Assembly: GCA_003971905.1 (NCBI GenBank) | Contig: RSEE01000008.1 | Coordinates: 434,001 to 498,000 of the forward strand | Direction of reading: 5' to 3' | Length of the DNA: 64,000 bases | Source of the DNA: Moniliella sp. 'wahieum' | Lineage: Eukaryota | Shown here: piece after piece, positions 1 through 11,193 of the stretch | Layout of the letters: each line of letters begins with the position of its first letter | Numbering within the stretch: position 1 is the first letter of the stretch | Made by a program: the position numbers and the translations under genes | The notes under the pieces: generated by a model | What the model was told of the DNA's origin: nothing | Database searches by the model: none | The model's input: the letters and a program-made list of their open reading frames with translations, nothing else

Positions 1-735
1 TGGATGGTGGAAGCATGGGGTCGCCGCAACACGCTCTTCTATGGCGCGCTTGGATGCTCCCTGTGGCTGTTCGTCTTTGCCATCGCGGGTGTCGCTGGTA
101 ACGAGAGCGGTGTGATGGGTCAGCCCCACCTCTCCAAGGGAGTGGGTGATCTGATGACCGTTGCTGGCTGCTTCTTTGTCTTCTGCCTTGCTTGCACATG
201 GTCTCCTGCCGTGTGGGTCTGGTGCGGCGAGAACTTTGGCGCGCGCACTCGTTCCAAGCAAGCCGCCCTTTCGACAGCCACCAATTGGGCCTGGAACTTT
301 GCTTTGGCATTCTTCACGCAGCCCATTACGGGCAATATTGGCTATGGTACGCATATTTCTCCTGATGTTTGTTGGGCTCTGGTTGTATCGATCCCGCGCT
401 GACCTCTTGCATTCGCAGCCTACGGTTTCATCTTTGCTTCCTGGAACATTGTCAACGCTCTCCTCGTCTTCTTCTTCGTCCGGGAGACTCAGGGGCTTAC
501 TCTTGAGCAAGTCGACTTGATGTACCACGACCCGAGCTGCAAGCCCTGGAACAGCCGCACGTGGTGCCCTCCTGGCTTCACTTCGCGCCGTGCTTTGGTT
601 AAGGGCGAGGTTGCCACTCTCGTGACTGCCGCGGACATGGAGAAGATTGGCGAGGAGAAAGTGGAGGATGAAAAGATGGCCGAATCGTCTCTTGGCGATA
701 AGACGCCGGAACCTTCTACTCCGGAAACGTACTAA
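1..735 (+). CDS. MFS sugar porter (hexose transporter), 3' part; 5' end outside the window
   Basis: Motifs WGRR, W..GENFGARTRSK, ATNWAWNF. Removing intron 347-418 (GTACGC..GCTGAC..CAG) joins to YGFIF...VRETQGLTLEQVDLMY (PETKG-like motif). Stop at 733-735. Confidence 0.92.
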
Positions 736-3700
736 AGCCCCATCTTCACCCTCCTCAGATACCACTTTTCCCCCTCGAGGGATGTCTATTACACCCTCCT
801 TTCACGTTACCCTGATCCGTCTGCTCTGGCTTCACGACCTCACGTACTTCATCCCCTCTTCCACCCCGGAGAAAAAATTGACATTCTGCACCCTCCCCTC
901 TCTTGACTGCGCTGTGATAGAGATGATAGCTTCCCTATAGGCTGACCCCCCTGGCACCAATCCCGCTTCTATTTTGTTCGAGTATGGTTCATGCACCTCC
1001 ATGCTTCCAGTGTGTCGCGCTGCCATCGGGAGCATCGGTGATACACCAGCTGCGCTTCTGCTGCAGGTGCTGAATTAAGGGGGTCATTTTGCTGGGGGGC
1101 GAAAGGCGGCCTAAAACCCGGATCAAATGGGCACAGTCCGCATCCCCTGCTGTTCGGGGAGGACTCACCTACTGTATGTTTTGGCCGGATCCGAATGGCC
1201 ATCGGTTGAGCAGACCAACCACGTAACCACGTGAAGTCCAGTATAGTAGACCGCCTCGAGGTTCACAGCTCGGGAAGAAACGAAGATGGGTTACGCGGTC
1301 CTGGATCATGATCCGGCAGAGGGGAACGATGCCTTCCACTGCTTGGTGCTCTGGATTGTTGACGGGGGGGCACCCATGCGTACCCAGTACTCGTTTGGCC
1401 ATCGGAAATATCTATAGTAGTGGGAACGGATATTTCGGTGGAGCGGTTGAACCACAAGAAACAAGTGCATACCCGTTGGTGTGATCACGTTGGACGGGCG
1501 CTTGATCGTGACCTCATCCTTGCTGCTCACCGGGGCGAACGTTGCGTCTCCGTCAGCCACAGAAAGGATCGCGCGTTGGTCAACAGGTGAATCGCACATA
1601 ATATGAACGTTTTGTTGTCCGATATGAAGGCAGCTATGATTATAGGCAAGAGGAAAGAGCCATGGCGGAGTGAGAGGTCCGAAATGGAGTTCAGTGAGTC
1701 GGAGAAGAATTTGCTTATTTTCAAGTCAAGGAGAACACAGGAGCGGGGCACTGTGGTGGCAACGTCAATACACAACACCACGGCGTAGTCATGACCACAT
1801 CGCTCGGCCTGTGCACATTCTGTTCAATCAGCATCCCTGCTCTGGACCAACGTAGCATGAAGTTCAACCTGCCTGCCAACATGCATGCGCGCTGGCACCA
1901 GTGCAACTGAGCTCACCATCCCCTTTTGAGCACCAGGCAAAATTTCGACACATTCCCTTTCTCGTCCGGAAGGGAGGCCTCAAGGAAAAAGAGACTGGCA
2001 TCCTGTGTGGTGTCCGAGACGAATAAGAAAAGCATTTTGACCTCATGTGGCAGGAATTCTCAGGATCAGGCTGCCACGTATTAGGTTGTTGGTACAATGC
2101 CCATTCGTTGGGAACGTGACCACTGCCGCAATCCCTCGTTCCTATGGTATGAATAGCTGAATCAAAAAGAGACCATCACAAGTCTCGTCTCCACCAACTA
2201 TACGACATCGAAATGGACGCGACCAACGGAAGACAATGGTACTACTTAGCCCCGGAAGGCGAAAAGGAGGGACCCGGATACGATTCAAGGCCAGTATCGA
2301 GGGCAGTAGATGTCTTGTTTTGCACATCCAGAGAAGGACCAACGTTGGGGCCACTGCAGTGGATGCGTCGATACGTTCCCCATAGTCCTCGCGGAGCCAG
2401 ACAATAACGAGATGGGACCCAACCCGTGCGGATGGGGGGGAAAGCCACAGGAAAGTGCTAAAAGTGACTGCATAACCAGAATTAATTAATAAACTCTGGC
2501 GTGGAATATCCCGAGTCGACAAAGGGATTCATCGAGATGCGGTATACCCCTCCCTTTGTTGTGTCTTCCAGAAGGTCGGTAAAGATAATGCTGTTGTCGG
2601 CCAAGACGATACTGGCTGTGCCATCATGTTTGGGTGCATTGTGCAACAAGCGTTAGCACAACACTACCGTAATAAGTCACCCCCTGGCTGTCAGGATCAA
2701 CTTGACAAGAGGACGGGGAGATGCCGGTAAAGCACACAGTCTTGTTGGGCACCTCCAAGTAGACAAGAGCAATAATGTGGCCTGTTTTGGAGGGATGGGA
2801 CGCACCACTAGAGCATGGGTAGAAGGAAGGGAGGTCACAATAGCCGTTCAGCACTTGCTAAATTGCATCGATTCCTGTGCGAGAAGATCGTAAGAAATGG
2901 GACTGTCCCATCATGCGCCACATATGGGTCTGTCCTCCACCTCAGCTTCATGGCGGCAGAGACAGCTTCTGTGCCGGTGATGACGACGACCGTCGTTGGA
3001 CTCATCAACTTGCTTTTCTGGAGCTCCAGTAATGAATGAGTATGCCTTGTTTGAAGTATATTGAAGGTTAACATCACTAATATATACCTCCCGCGTGCGG
3101 ATGCCCTTTTGCACCCTATATACTACTTGTTACACCCCAAGTGCACTTGGCGAGCTTTTTGCCACCTAGAATGACTTCGTCCTCAAGTAAGGCTAGGGAG
3201 GAGCATGTTGAGCTGTAAGGTGGATCGTACGTTCGGCCAAAGTCCTTTCGGTCCCTCCCCAGAGGGGGTTTTCTGCTTCTACTGCCAGTCTTCATTGGTT
3301 TCCGCACGCACAGGCCCATCAGTGGCATCTGACTGTTTGGTGTCCTTGTAGGCAGTGTCGTTGGTTGGCTTATAGGCCACCATGGCCGTTACGATGTAGT
3401 GAGAATGCGTCACCCTCTCGAAGAGAGTGCTGCTATCAAAACTCATCAGAGGAGGGGCCGGGCAGCGAGATGAGAATTAATCGGCATTAAGAACACAGGC
3501 ATTCTAGCCCACAACACCTCAAAGTCGTCAGTTGATCAAGCTGAAGAATGAGCAGCCTGTCATATGCCAAGACTCCCTTTTCATATGCTCATTTTTGCCT
3601 CTTGCCCTTCTCTTCATGTCTCCTGATATTGTTCTGAAGATGATGCAAAGCGACGGGCACAATTTGACCACATACGACGTCGCAGTGGAAAACTCGTTTT

Positions 3701-4609
3701 GAGGCCTCATAAGTCATTTCCAGAGGACTGTTAAAGGCCAGAGAGTAGGCAATTGGTAGTGCATTGCATTGCGCATGAGCTACAGAGGCTAGATAATATA
3801 TCCCTGCCCTCCAACACTGGGATGAGGGAATATTGGTAGAAATGAACCCAGAGGTTCCGGGCTTGGGCTACCGGCGCCACTACACCAGTGTGGTGCGACA
3901 GAGACACTCCCCTGTCCCCCCTGTACGTTTGCTAGGGCATCGCATTACGAGAGGTTGCGGTGGGAGGTAAGAAGACAGGAAAAGCAACGCGAATATTGTG
4001 AACGTTGATGAATCAGCCTGCTGCAGAGCCGCACCGGCCACACGGGCGTCGCATGTCGGATGCGCGTCACATGTCACCGAGGAATACCGAGCACTGACGC
4101 GTGACGCGCGGTGCATGATGCCCCCCCTTTCCTCCGATGTGTATCACGTGGTTGCTAGCTTTAAGGAGCGTGGTGCGTACTGCGTTGGGCTAGTCTGTGG
4201 GCGCCGGCTTGGGGGCAGCCTGGCGGAGCGTCACGCGTCACGCGTCACGCCGGAATGCAGAGCCGTTTTCTGAAGAGAATCAGTTTTCCATAGTAGCCCT
4301 GCCAGCTGCCGTTCCAATTGCCTGATGCGGTCGAGTGCCTCGTGGCACAACAGAGCTGTGCAGAGCGACGACGCATGAGGCGGGCAGGAGGCCTGCGGCC
4401 AGTGGTTAATGATTAATGGCGCCAACGAGGGCCGAGGCGAGTAGAGCGGCTCACTCAACGCCAGCCGGCCCCCTTTCCCCCTCTCCTAGCCGCCCTCCCC
4501 GCATCGTAGCTGGTGTCCGACTGCCGGCTCTCCACGCGCCGCGCCGCTCCCTGCTCTCCCGGCATCGCTCGCCCCATCTGTCTGCTTCGCCCGTCCCCGC
4601 CCTCGCCCC

Positions 4610-5401
4610 ATGCCGACGCCCGTGCCAAGGGGCGGCGATCCCCTGGCGCGCTCCCCTCAGGAGGAAGGCCTGCTGCACTCTTCGCCCCTGCGCCACCAGC
4701 TGGCTCACCGCCGCTTCAGGGATGCAAATGATGGTGAGGAGGAGGAAGAGGAGAGGGGGGTTCCCTTATCGTCCCCCCGGGCTTCCACTTCCTCGTCTGC
4801 CTCCACCTCGTCCGCCTCCACCTTTTCCCCGTCCCCCCACTTCACTCGCACCACCCACGCCGAGGCAGAGGAAGAGCAAGTGGAGAGAGGGGAGGAGAAC
4901 GACGAAGACGAGGAAGAGGAGGAGGCGCACGTGCGTGCTACGCTAGCCAAGTGGTCCGAAGCGGAGCGAAGGCGACGAGTACGTCTGACGCATGCTACAG
5001 CGCGCAACCCATCGGAAGGCACCGATGCGCTTCAACGCGACCCGTTCACCGACCCACCTCTGCCGGCGCCTCCCCACCCTATTATACTCCCCGGACGTGC
5101 TGCCCGTCTCCCATCTGCCCCCGTAACGCCCTCACCTGGCTCATCCCGCCCAAAAGGCAAGGACAGAGACCCTTTCGACGACCGTTACGCTCTCGCCCCG
5201 CAGAACGAACCGTACCGCATTGGCAGCTATGGTGGAAGCCAGGCAGATCCCTACACCACCCTCTCCCATACCCCCAGCGACTCTCGTCTTCCCCTCGCCC
5301 AGGGCGAAGAGGAACGGCCAAGGTGGTGGACGGATCTGTTGTGTTGCACATGTGGGGGAGAGGACGCCCCTCAAGCAGGCCATACCAACCCCTTAGAATG
5401 A
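4610..5401 (+). CDS. Hypothetical low-complexity protein with a C-terminal WWTDLLCCTCG...QAGHTNPLE motif
   Basis: Intact 263-aa ATG-started ORF after a pyrimidine-rich leader, with acidic tracts. The C-terminal motif resembles one I recall from basidiomycete hypothetical proteins (unverified). Confidence 0.7.
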   Translation: MPTPVPRGGDPLARSPQEEGLLHSSPLRHQLAHRRFRDANDGEEEEEERGVPLSSPRASTSSSASTSSASTFSPSPHFTRTTHAEAEEEQVERGEENDEDEEEEEAHVRATLAKWSEAERRRRVRLTHATARNPSEGTDALQRDPFTDPPLPAPPHPIILPGRAARLPSAPVTPSPGSSRPKGKDRDPFDDRYALAPQNEPYRIGSYGGSQADPYTTLSHTPSDSRLPLAQGEEERPRWWTDLLCCTCGGEDAPQAGHTNPLE

Positions 5402-5669
5402 CCTATTTTGGCCTTCCTATTTGCTTCAAAAACGTGCACGTTTGGGCCTCTGCTCTATAAAAAGTAGGGCAATCTACGAGAGAGGAGGGATAACTAGTTA
5501 TCAGTCGTTTGGGGTTAGGCTCGACCACGAGAGAGGGAGGACTACACGAAAAAGGACTAGGAAAGTAACGGAAAGACACCGGCGCGGATGTCACGCCAAA
5601 GTAGGAGCCGGAGTTCGACCACGAATGACTTACTGACGCCGCTGGCGGGTGGCAGACCGGAGTGTACGC

Positions 5670-7391
5670 TCAGACGTGCGCGTACTCGGGCCTGGGGTCG
5701 CCAGAAGGCTCGTCAAACTCTAAAGAGGACCCAGACTCTGAAGAGAACTCAAACTCATCATATTCCCCTGCCTGGGAAGGCGGGCCTGCCTGAGCAGAGG
5801 AGCCTGCCTGAGCAGAGGGGCCTGCCTGAGCAGAGGGGCCTGCCTGAGCAGAGGGGCCTGCCTGGGCAGAGGGGTGTTCCCGGGCATAACGGCGCGCCTG
5901 GCCGCGACCAGATAAGGATGTATGGCCCGCACGTGCGGGGCGGGGGACAATGGAGGCACGCCGACCACGACCAGTAACGCCTGGGGGCTCAATAGGAGTC
6001 GCTCCAACGGGGCCTGAATGGCCAGGAAGGTCGCGAGGAGGAGGAGGAAGAGGAGCAGGAGGACGGTGAAACACGAGCGGAGGCGCCACAGGTGCTGTGG
6101 CTGGTACACGAGGCACCTGATCTTGTCTTAACTCAGGCTCGCGGTCTGGCGGTATCGCTTGGGCCGCTTGTTGGAGTGCGGAGGGTGCACAGGAGGCGCT
6201 GCTCCAGGAACCACCGGGGCATCAACCATACGCGGGGGCTCTGCACCCTCAATGCGAGGGGGTGCAGGAGGCGCCAACTGACGATTGTTGTTGTCCCGGG
6301 GGGGGGGATGTAAATAATCCATGGCCGATACCCGTTCAAAACAATATAACGGTCAAGGAACGTGGTCCTCGGCAAAGGTGGAGCCGGGGGGGGGGGGAGG
6401 AGTCTCTCGTCGAGGGGGCCGAGCCCTGGGACCCCCACCATGTAACATTTGTCGGGCAGGGCGCTTACGACGGGTCCGTCTGAAGCGAATGCGAAACTTG
6501 AGCCCTTGATTAACAAAGGAGTTAGAGAGGACGGTTGATTCGGCCATTCCGGGGAAATTTTGGAATTGTATACATGGAAAGGGCCGGAGTACTCCGAAGC
6601 GCAAAAGGAGGTGCGGGTGCCGACGATCTCATAGAGAACGAATTTGAGGCGGTACCAGCCTTCGAGGCGGACTGAGATGTCGGGAAAGACAAAGAAAGCC
6701 TGGCTCCCTCCATCCAGGTCCCGTAGGGTGTACATGCTCGATACACAACTTCCGGTTGTGTACCTTCGGTGAAGGTCGGGAATGACGTGGAGTTCGCGAT
6801 CCTCGCCTGGAGCAACGAGCATGGCATATAGAAAGTAGTGGGGATTGTCCATATACCATGCGTGATCCTCCCATCCAAGGCCCACAGGCGTCTCGCATAG
6901 TTGACCACGTTCCATGAAAGAGTCCACATCCAACAATGCCGAGTGAATTTCGTTATCGGTGTCAACATCGGCGGGGACGTTGGTAACAGGGCGCGGGTGC
7001 GCAACAACGCGCAGCTGCACAATGGGGACAGGGTCGAGCGGGCGACGTTCAGTCCGTGGTCCCTGACCGGACATGCGCGATCGTACAGGATTTTGACGGA
7101 CGACGAGTTGGTACTCGAGCTGATTCCGACCAGTGACGACCTGCGGTGCCGCCGCATAGGTGTAACCAGTCGCAGTTGTGCCAGGCGGGGGCCGAGGGGC
7201 GGGAGCCCGAGCGGCAGCTTCACCCCTCACTTCACCCCCCGCTTCGCGGCCCGCGTCGCCGCCCGTTTCTGCGGCAGGCTCATCACGGTTCGGACACCAA
7301 CTTCAGGCTCTGCTCCTGGCTCTGTTCCTGGCTCTGCTCCTGGCCCTGCTCCAGCCGCGGCGTCTTCGGTTCCGCGTCGAGGCTCGGTCAT
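5670..7391 (-). CDS. Velvet-domain regulatory protein (frameshifted in this assembly)
   Basis: Velvet motifs YQLVVRQNPVRSRMSG..ERRPLDPVPIVQL, FFVFPDISVRLEGWYRLKFVLYEI and, after a 1-bp shift at ~6558, FPGMAESTVLSNSFVNQGLKFRIR. Probable ATG at 7391 (MTEPRRG). The Pro-rich C-terminus is spread over ORFs 6128-6322 and 5670-6116, so the 3' end is less certain. Confidence 0.9.
5782..5874. repeat. 18-bp tandem repeat, ~5 copies (GGGCCTGCCTGAGCAGAG), probably encoding (AQAGPS)n in the velvet C-terminus
   Basis: Directly visible tandem copies. Confidence 0.9.
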
Positions 7392-8094
7392 GATGGTGGT
7401 GAGAGGGAGAGGTATACTTCATTGCATAGAGGCCAGCAATACGAGCGATAGCCTCGGTGAGAAGCAGAGGCGAGCCTGCTCGCTTAGCACAAAAGAGATT
7501 CGCACAGCAGGGCAGGGGACGATCAGATCGTTCATAGGCGAGACTAGCGTCGGCAAAGCCCAAAGCAGATAGGCGGGGCAGAAGGAAAAAGACCAGTGTA
7601 GGTACAGCCGACACGAAATAGACACGCAAGCGCAGAACTCGTGGGGTCTGGCCAGGCCCTTGGCTTCGCAGCTTCAATCGCAATAAGCATTTTGGGGGCA
7701 GGACAACCGACCCAGAGGTGCGGTCGATCGGCTGTACTGCCGCCATTGACGACTCGCTTACGGGTCAGCGAAATGCATGGGCGGCAGTCTGTAATGCTCT
7801 GGGGGTGGCCGGGGGGACCGCGTCGGCCTCGTGTCTCCAGTCGGAGGATGAATGTCACCGTGAGATGGCAAGTGTGACCGTCGGACGCACGGACGAGTCG
7901 TAAATTAAATCCCCTGCGCCACTTGTCGAAATTACGGACGTCGACGATTGATGCGGCTGAAAGAGAGAGAGGCGGAAACAAGCGGCGGAATGGGAGCAGC
8001 CGTGTTAAAGTGGACGTCGAAGGGGGATGTGCAGTATGAGGTCACAGGAACTGCGGGCTTCCGCCATCCACCCCTCCATCCCCCGAATCGAGAC

Positions 8095-10807
8095 ATGGCC
8101 CGACCACCACCACCCTCCTTTGGCTCTACCGCTCGGACGCCAACCCCAACACTTCTCCTCCCTCCAAGTCCCGCTCCCATTCCCATTCCCATTCTCATCC
8201 TCGCTCTTCATTCCCATTCTCACCCTCGCTCCCATTCTCATTCCCATCCTCATTCGCATTCTCACTCGCATTCATCTCATCGCTCTGACCCCCCCTTACA
8301 GCGGGAAAAGGGCAAGGAGAAGGAGAAAGACAGAGAGAAGGAGCGTGTATTCTACATTGACCGCCATGCTGGAAAAGACAGCAAAGTCGTCCGCTACACC
8401 CGCTTTGGAGGTGGCAAGGTCCTCGGCCTCGATCCCTCCTCCACCTATCGCGTGAGGGTCAAGTTACTTTTCACGGTGCCAGGGGAGGCATTGGTCCACT
8501 TCCCAAACCCAAAAGGTTACGAGCGAGCTCTACCTGGGACACAGGGGAGTTGTACCCCTTCATTCACCACGAGAGGGGAGAGTGTTGGACTTCCTTTCCG
8601 ACTCTTCGGCCGCTGAGGAGGAGAGGGAAGAAGCGGATCAGGTGCACCAACAGCAGCAACGCCGACATCACCAACAACATGGGCCTGCGCAGGTGCGGGT
8701 GGATGAGCCTACCAACCGCATTGTACAGGCCACCCAAGAGTTGACAGGCATTCATCAGATCCCCATGCCTGGCTCGACCTGGCCCGCGCCCAGGTCCAAC
8801 TTGGCTCGTCCCGAGCTACAATCGAGGCACAGATATCCGTTTTAGAACGTGGTATCAAGGCTGTGGCTGTTGGTGAGGTGGAAATTCCCCTGGCTCTGGT
8901 AACACTGTGTGCTCATCACATGAAGACCTACGGATGGGACTCAGTTCTTCCCCTCCCGCCTAATCCTGCTCCAACGGTGTACACCCAGGCTTCATCACAA
9001 GGCAAGATCGCATTATGGGAAGCGTATCATCCTCCATGCCTTCTCTTTCCTCTTGGACGTTGGAGACGTCGCTAGAGAAGCACTGCTTGGCTCTGGACGC
9101 ATTGAAGGAAGAGGGAGAACTGGCCTTGGTTCCATCCAGATCCGCATTGCTAACGTGCTGCGGCAAGCGGGACATTATGAGACCGGTTTTGCCTTGCTGC
9201 AGGCTCAAATGGGGCTTGCCACCCAGCCAGGCAATTGGGCCGACTGGGGATGGCGAAAGCAGCCGCGTTGGGGCGAATCTACCGCTCCTACTGGCGATTC
9301 CCCGATGGAGCCCCCATCTTCTTCTGCGTTGGTACCAAACTGCTTCTGAGGACCTTATCCTTGCTCCCTTAAAACCCGATCTTGATCGTTGGCTTCAGCG
9401 AGAATGGCGAACCACTTGCCGACCCGAGGCGGGAACGATGACCACCTCGTCCTATGGGAGGAAATAGAGCCCTATCTCATTCCCCTGCGGACGTGGGAGG
9501 CAATCAACAAGGTGCGCATGGCCTTGTTTCAGTATATGCTTTGTCCCCTCGTTCCGGGGCTGGAACCGGAGATTGCTGTGCTGCCTTCAGAGGAAGCGTT
9601 GCTTCACCCTATGGCACTAAACAAGTTCTGGCAGGGGGATGTGCACCAGCCATTTTTCACCCCTCTACTCCCTGCTCTGGGCCCCGAAGGCTTTCCCCCC
9701 TCTCTTGGGGAGGGCGAGTGCGGGTTCACTCATTTGCCTCCTCCATGGGTTGCGTGGGCCCAAACTAACTTACCCTCGGTCGAGGGCTTGCTGTCCGCAT
9801 CAGTACCCACGTTTACCACTCAGCAGGCACGGAGCGAAGTGTCACTGCTGATGTCGCTTGTTGGATGCACCGCCGACGATCTGTCCCGGAAAGGGAAACG
9901 TTTGCTGCGCAATGAAGGTGGTTTGCATGCTTGGACTGCCTATGCCCTTGCGGCATGTAGGGTGAGTCAACTTCGTCCGATCATCGCGTGTCTTGCACAT
10001 TTGGATGCAGGCCATCCCTACTATGGACCCAGCTTGCCCTTCATGTGTCACCCGTATTTATCCCCCGCTTGCTCAACCAAGCCCATCGTGCCGATTGGGC
10101 AAGGGGGGAAGATCTGGACTGGGTTTTGCACCCGCCTGGGCCGGATTCGCAAGAAGAACAAGATGCCCCAGCTACGCTTCCGGAGCTACCAAGCCCCCTG
10201 TTGAAAACATTGGGGGAATGCTGTCGCACCTCCTCGAGACCGGGAGAGTATTCTGACTCGATTCCCACCTCGAAAAAAGGGGAGGCCGCACGCCTCCAAC
10301 TGCGTCGTGGGTATACCGCCTTCCTACGGAGTACGCACTCCCTCCTCTGCGGCGCGCGCATTCTTCTTACAAGGGAGGTGGCTTCCCTTCATCGCCGCAA
10401 CGGAGAGGAGTGGGGCGCCTGGATGGGCAAGTGGAGAAGCTGGTACGCTCACTCGTGGCTGCTCCGGAGCTTCCTTTCTGTCCGGAAGAAGAGGACGGAC
10501 AAGTACGTTCCCATCTGCTCCGGGTCTACTACAATTACCACCTGCGCTGGGACGTGTCTGCCGCGCTGGAAGAGGCCGTGCAGGCCTGTCCCACGCCCCG
10601 CTCCTCTGGGCTGTCTACCTGCACGGCCGGGCGCGAGCGCTCCAAGGACCAACACTCGGGCCTGGTGCACCGTGCCCTGCATGCCTGCCCTGGATCGAAG
10701 GCCATCTGGCTCTTGGCGCTTGCTCTCGACCCGTCGCCAGGAATGCTCGCTCGCACAGGAAACGTGGACTGCGCCTGCTGCACCCCGATACCTGCCCCCT
10801 CCCGTAA
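8095..10807 (+). CDS. NRDE2: NRDE-2/Nrl1 family protein (heavily frameshifted)
   Basis: Ordered blocks across several frames: FYIDR...YTRFGGGKVLGL, LRQAGHYETGFALLQAQ, PRWGE, DDHLVLWEEIEPYL, HRALHACPGSKAIWLLAL, KRGLRL. N-terminal His/Ser repeat at ~8208-8280. Confidence 0.8.
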
Positions 10808-11193
10808 GACATGGGACTGCGTCATCCTGCTGAAGACCCCGGTGGGGGCGATGCTTCCCCAGACGGAGTACCGTAGACACGCGTGTTGTAGGCCGCCGGA
10901 GCCGGCAGCGTGGCGGGGAAGGCGGATTTCACTCGGGCCGCGTGGCCATGCTCAAGCGATGCGTCACCGATTGGGGGGCGGGAGACAACCGCCTCACTCG
11001 GCAGGCCCAATTGAAGCTAGATTGCATAGCCCAGTCACATGGTCACCCGCTGCGCTGCGCTGCGGAACATTGCACCGACTAGGGTTGGCCCCGTTGCGCG
11101 TAGTATCGATGGTAGATAGCAGGCGGGGGGTGGCACGTGCGTGGCCATTGGAGGGAGCTGCCCTCCCCCTCCTCTCTTCCTCTTCCCGTCACC

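Noticed and set aside
2720..2790. Ulp1-protease-like HIIALVYLEVPNKTVCF
   Set aside because: It lacks the HW and DS motifs and the QxxxxDCG catalytic motif; the resemblance is superficial.
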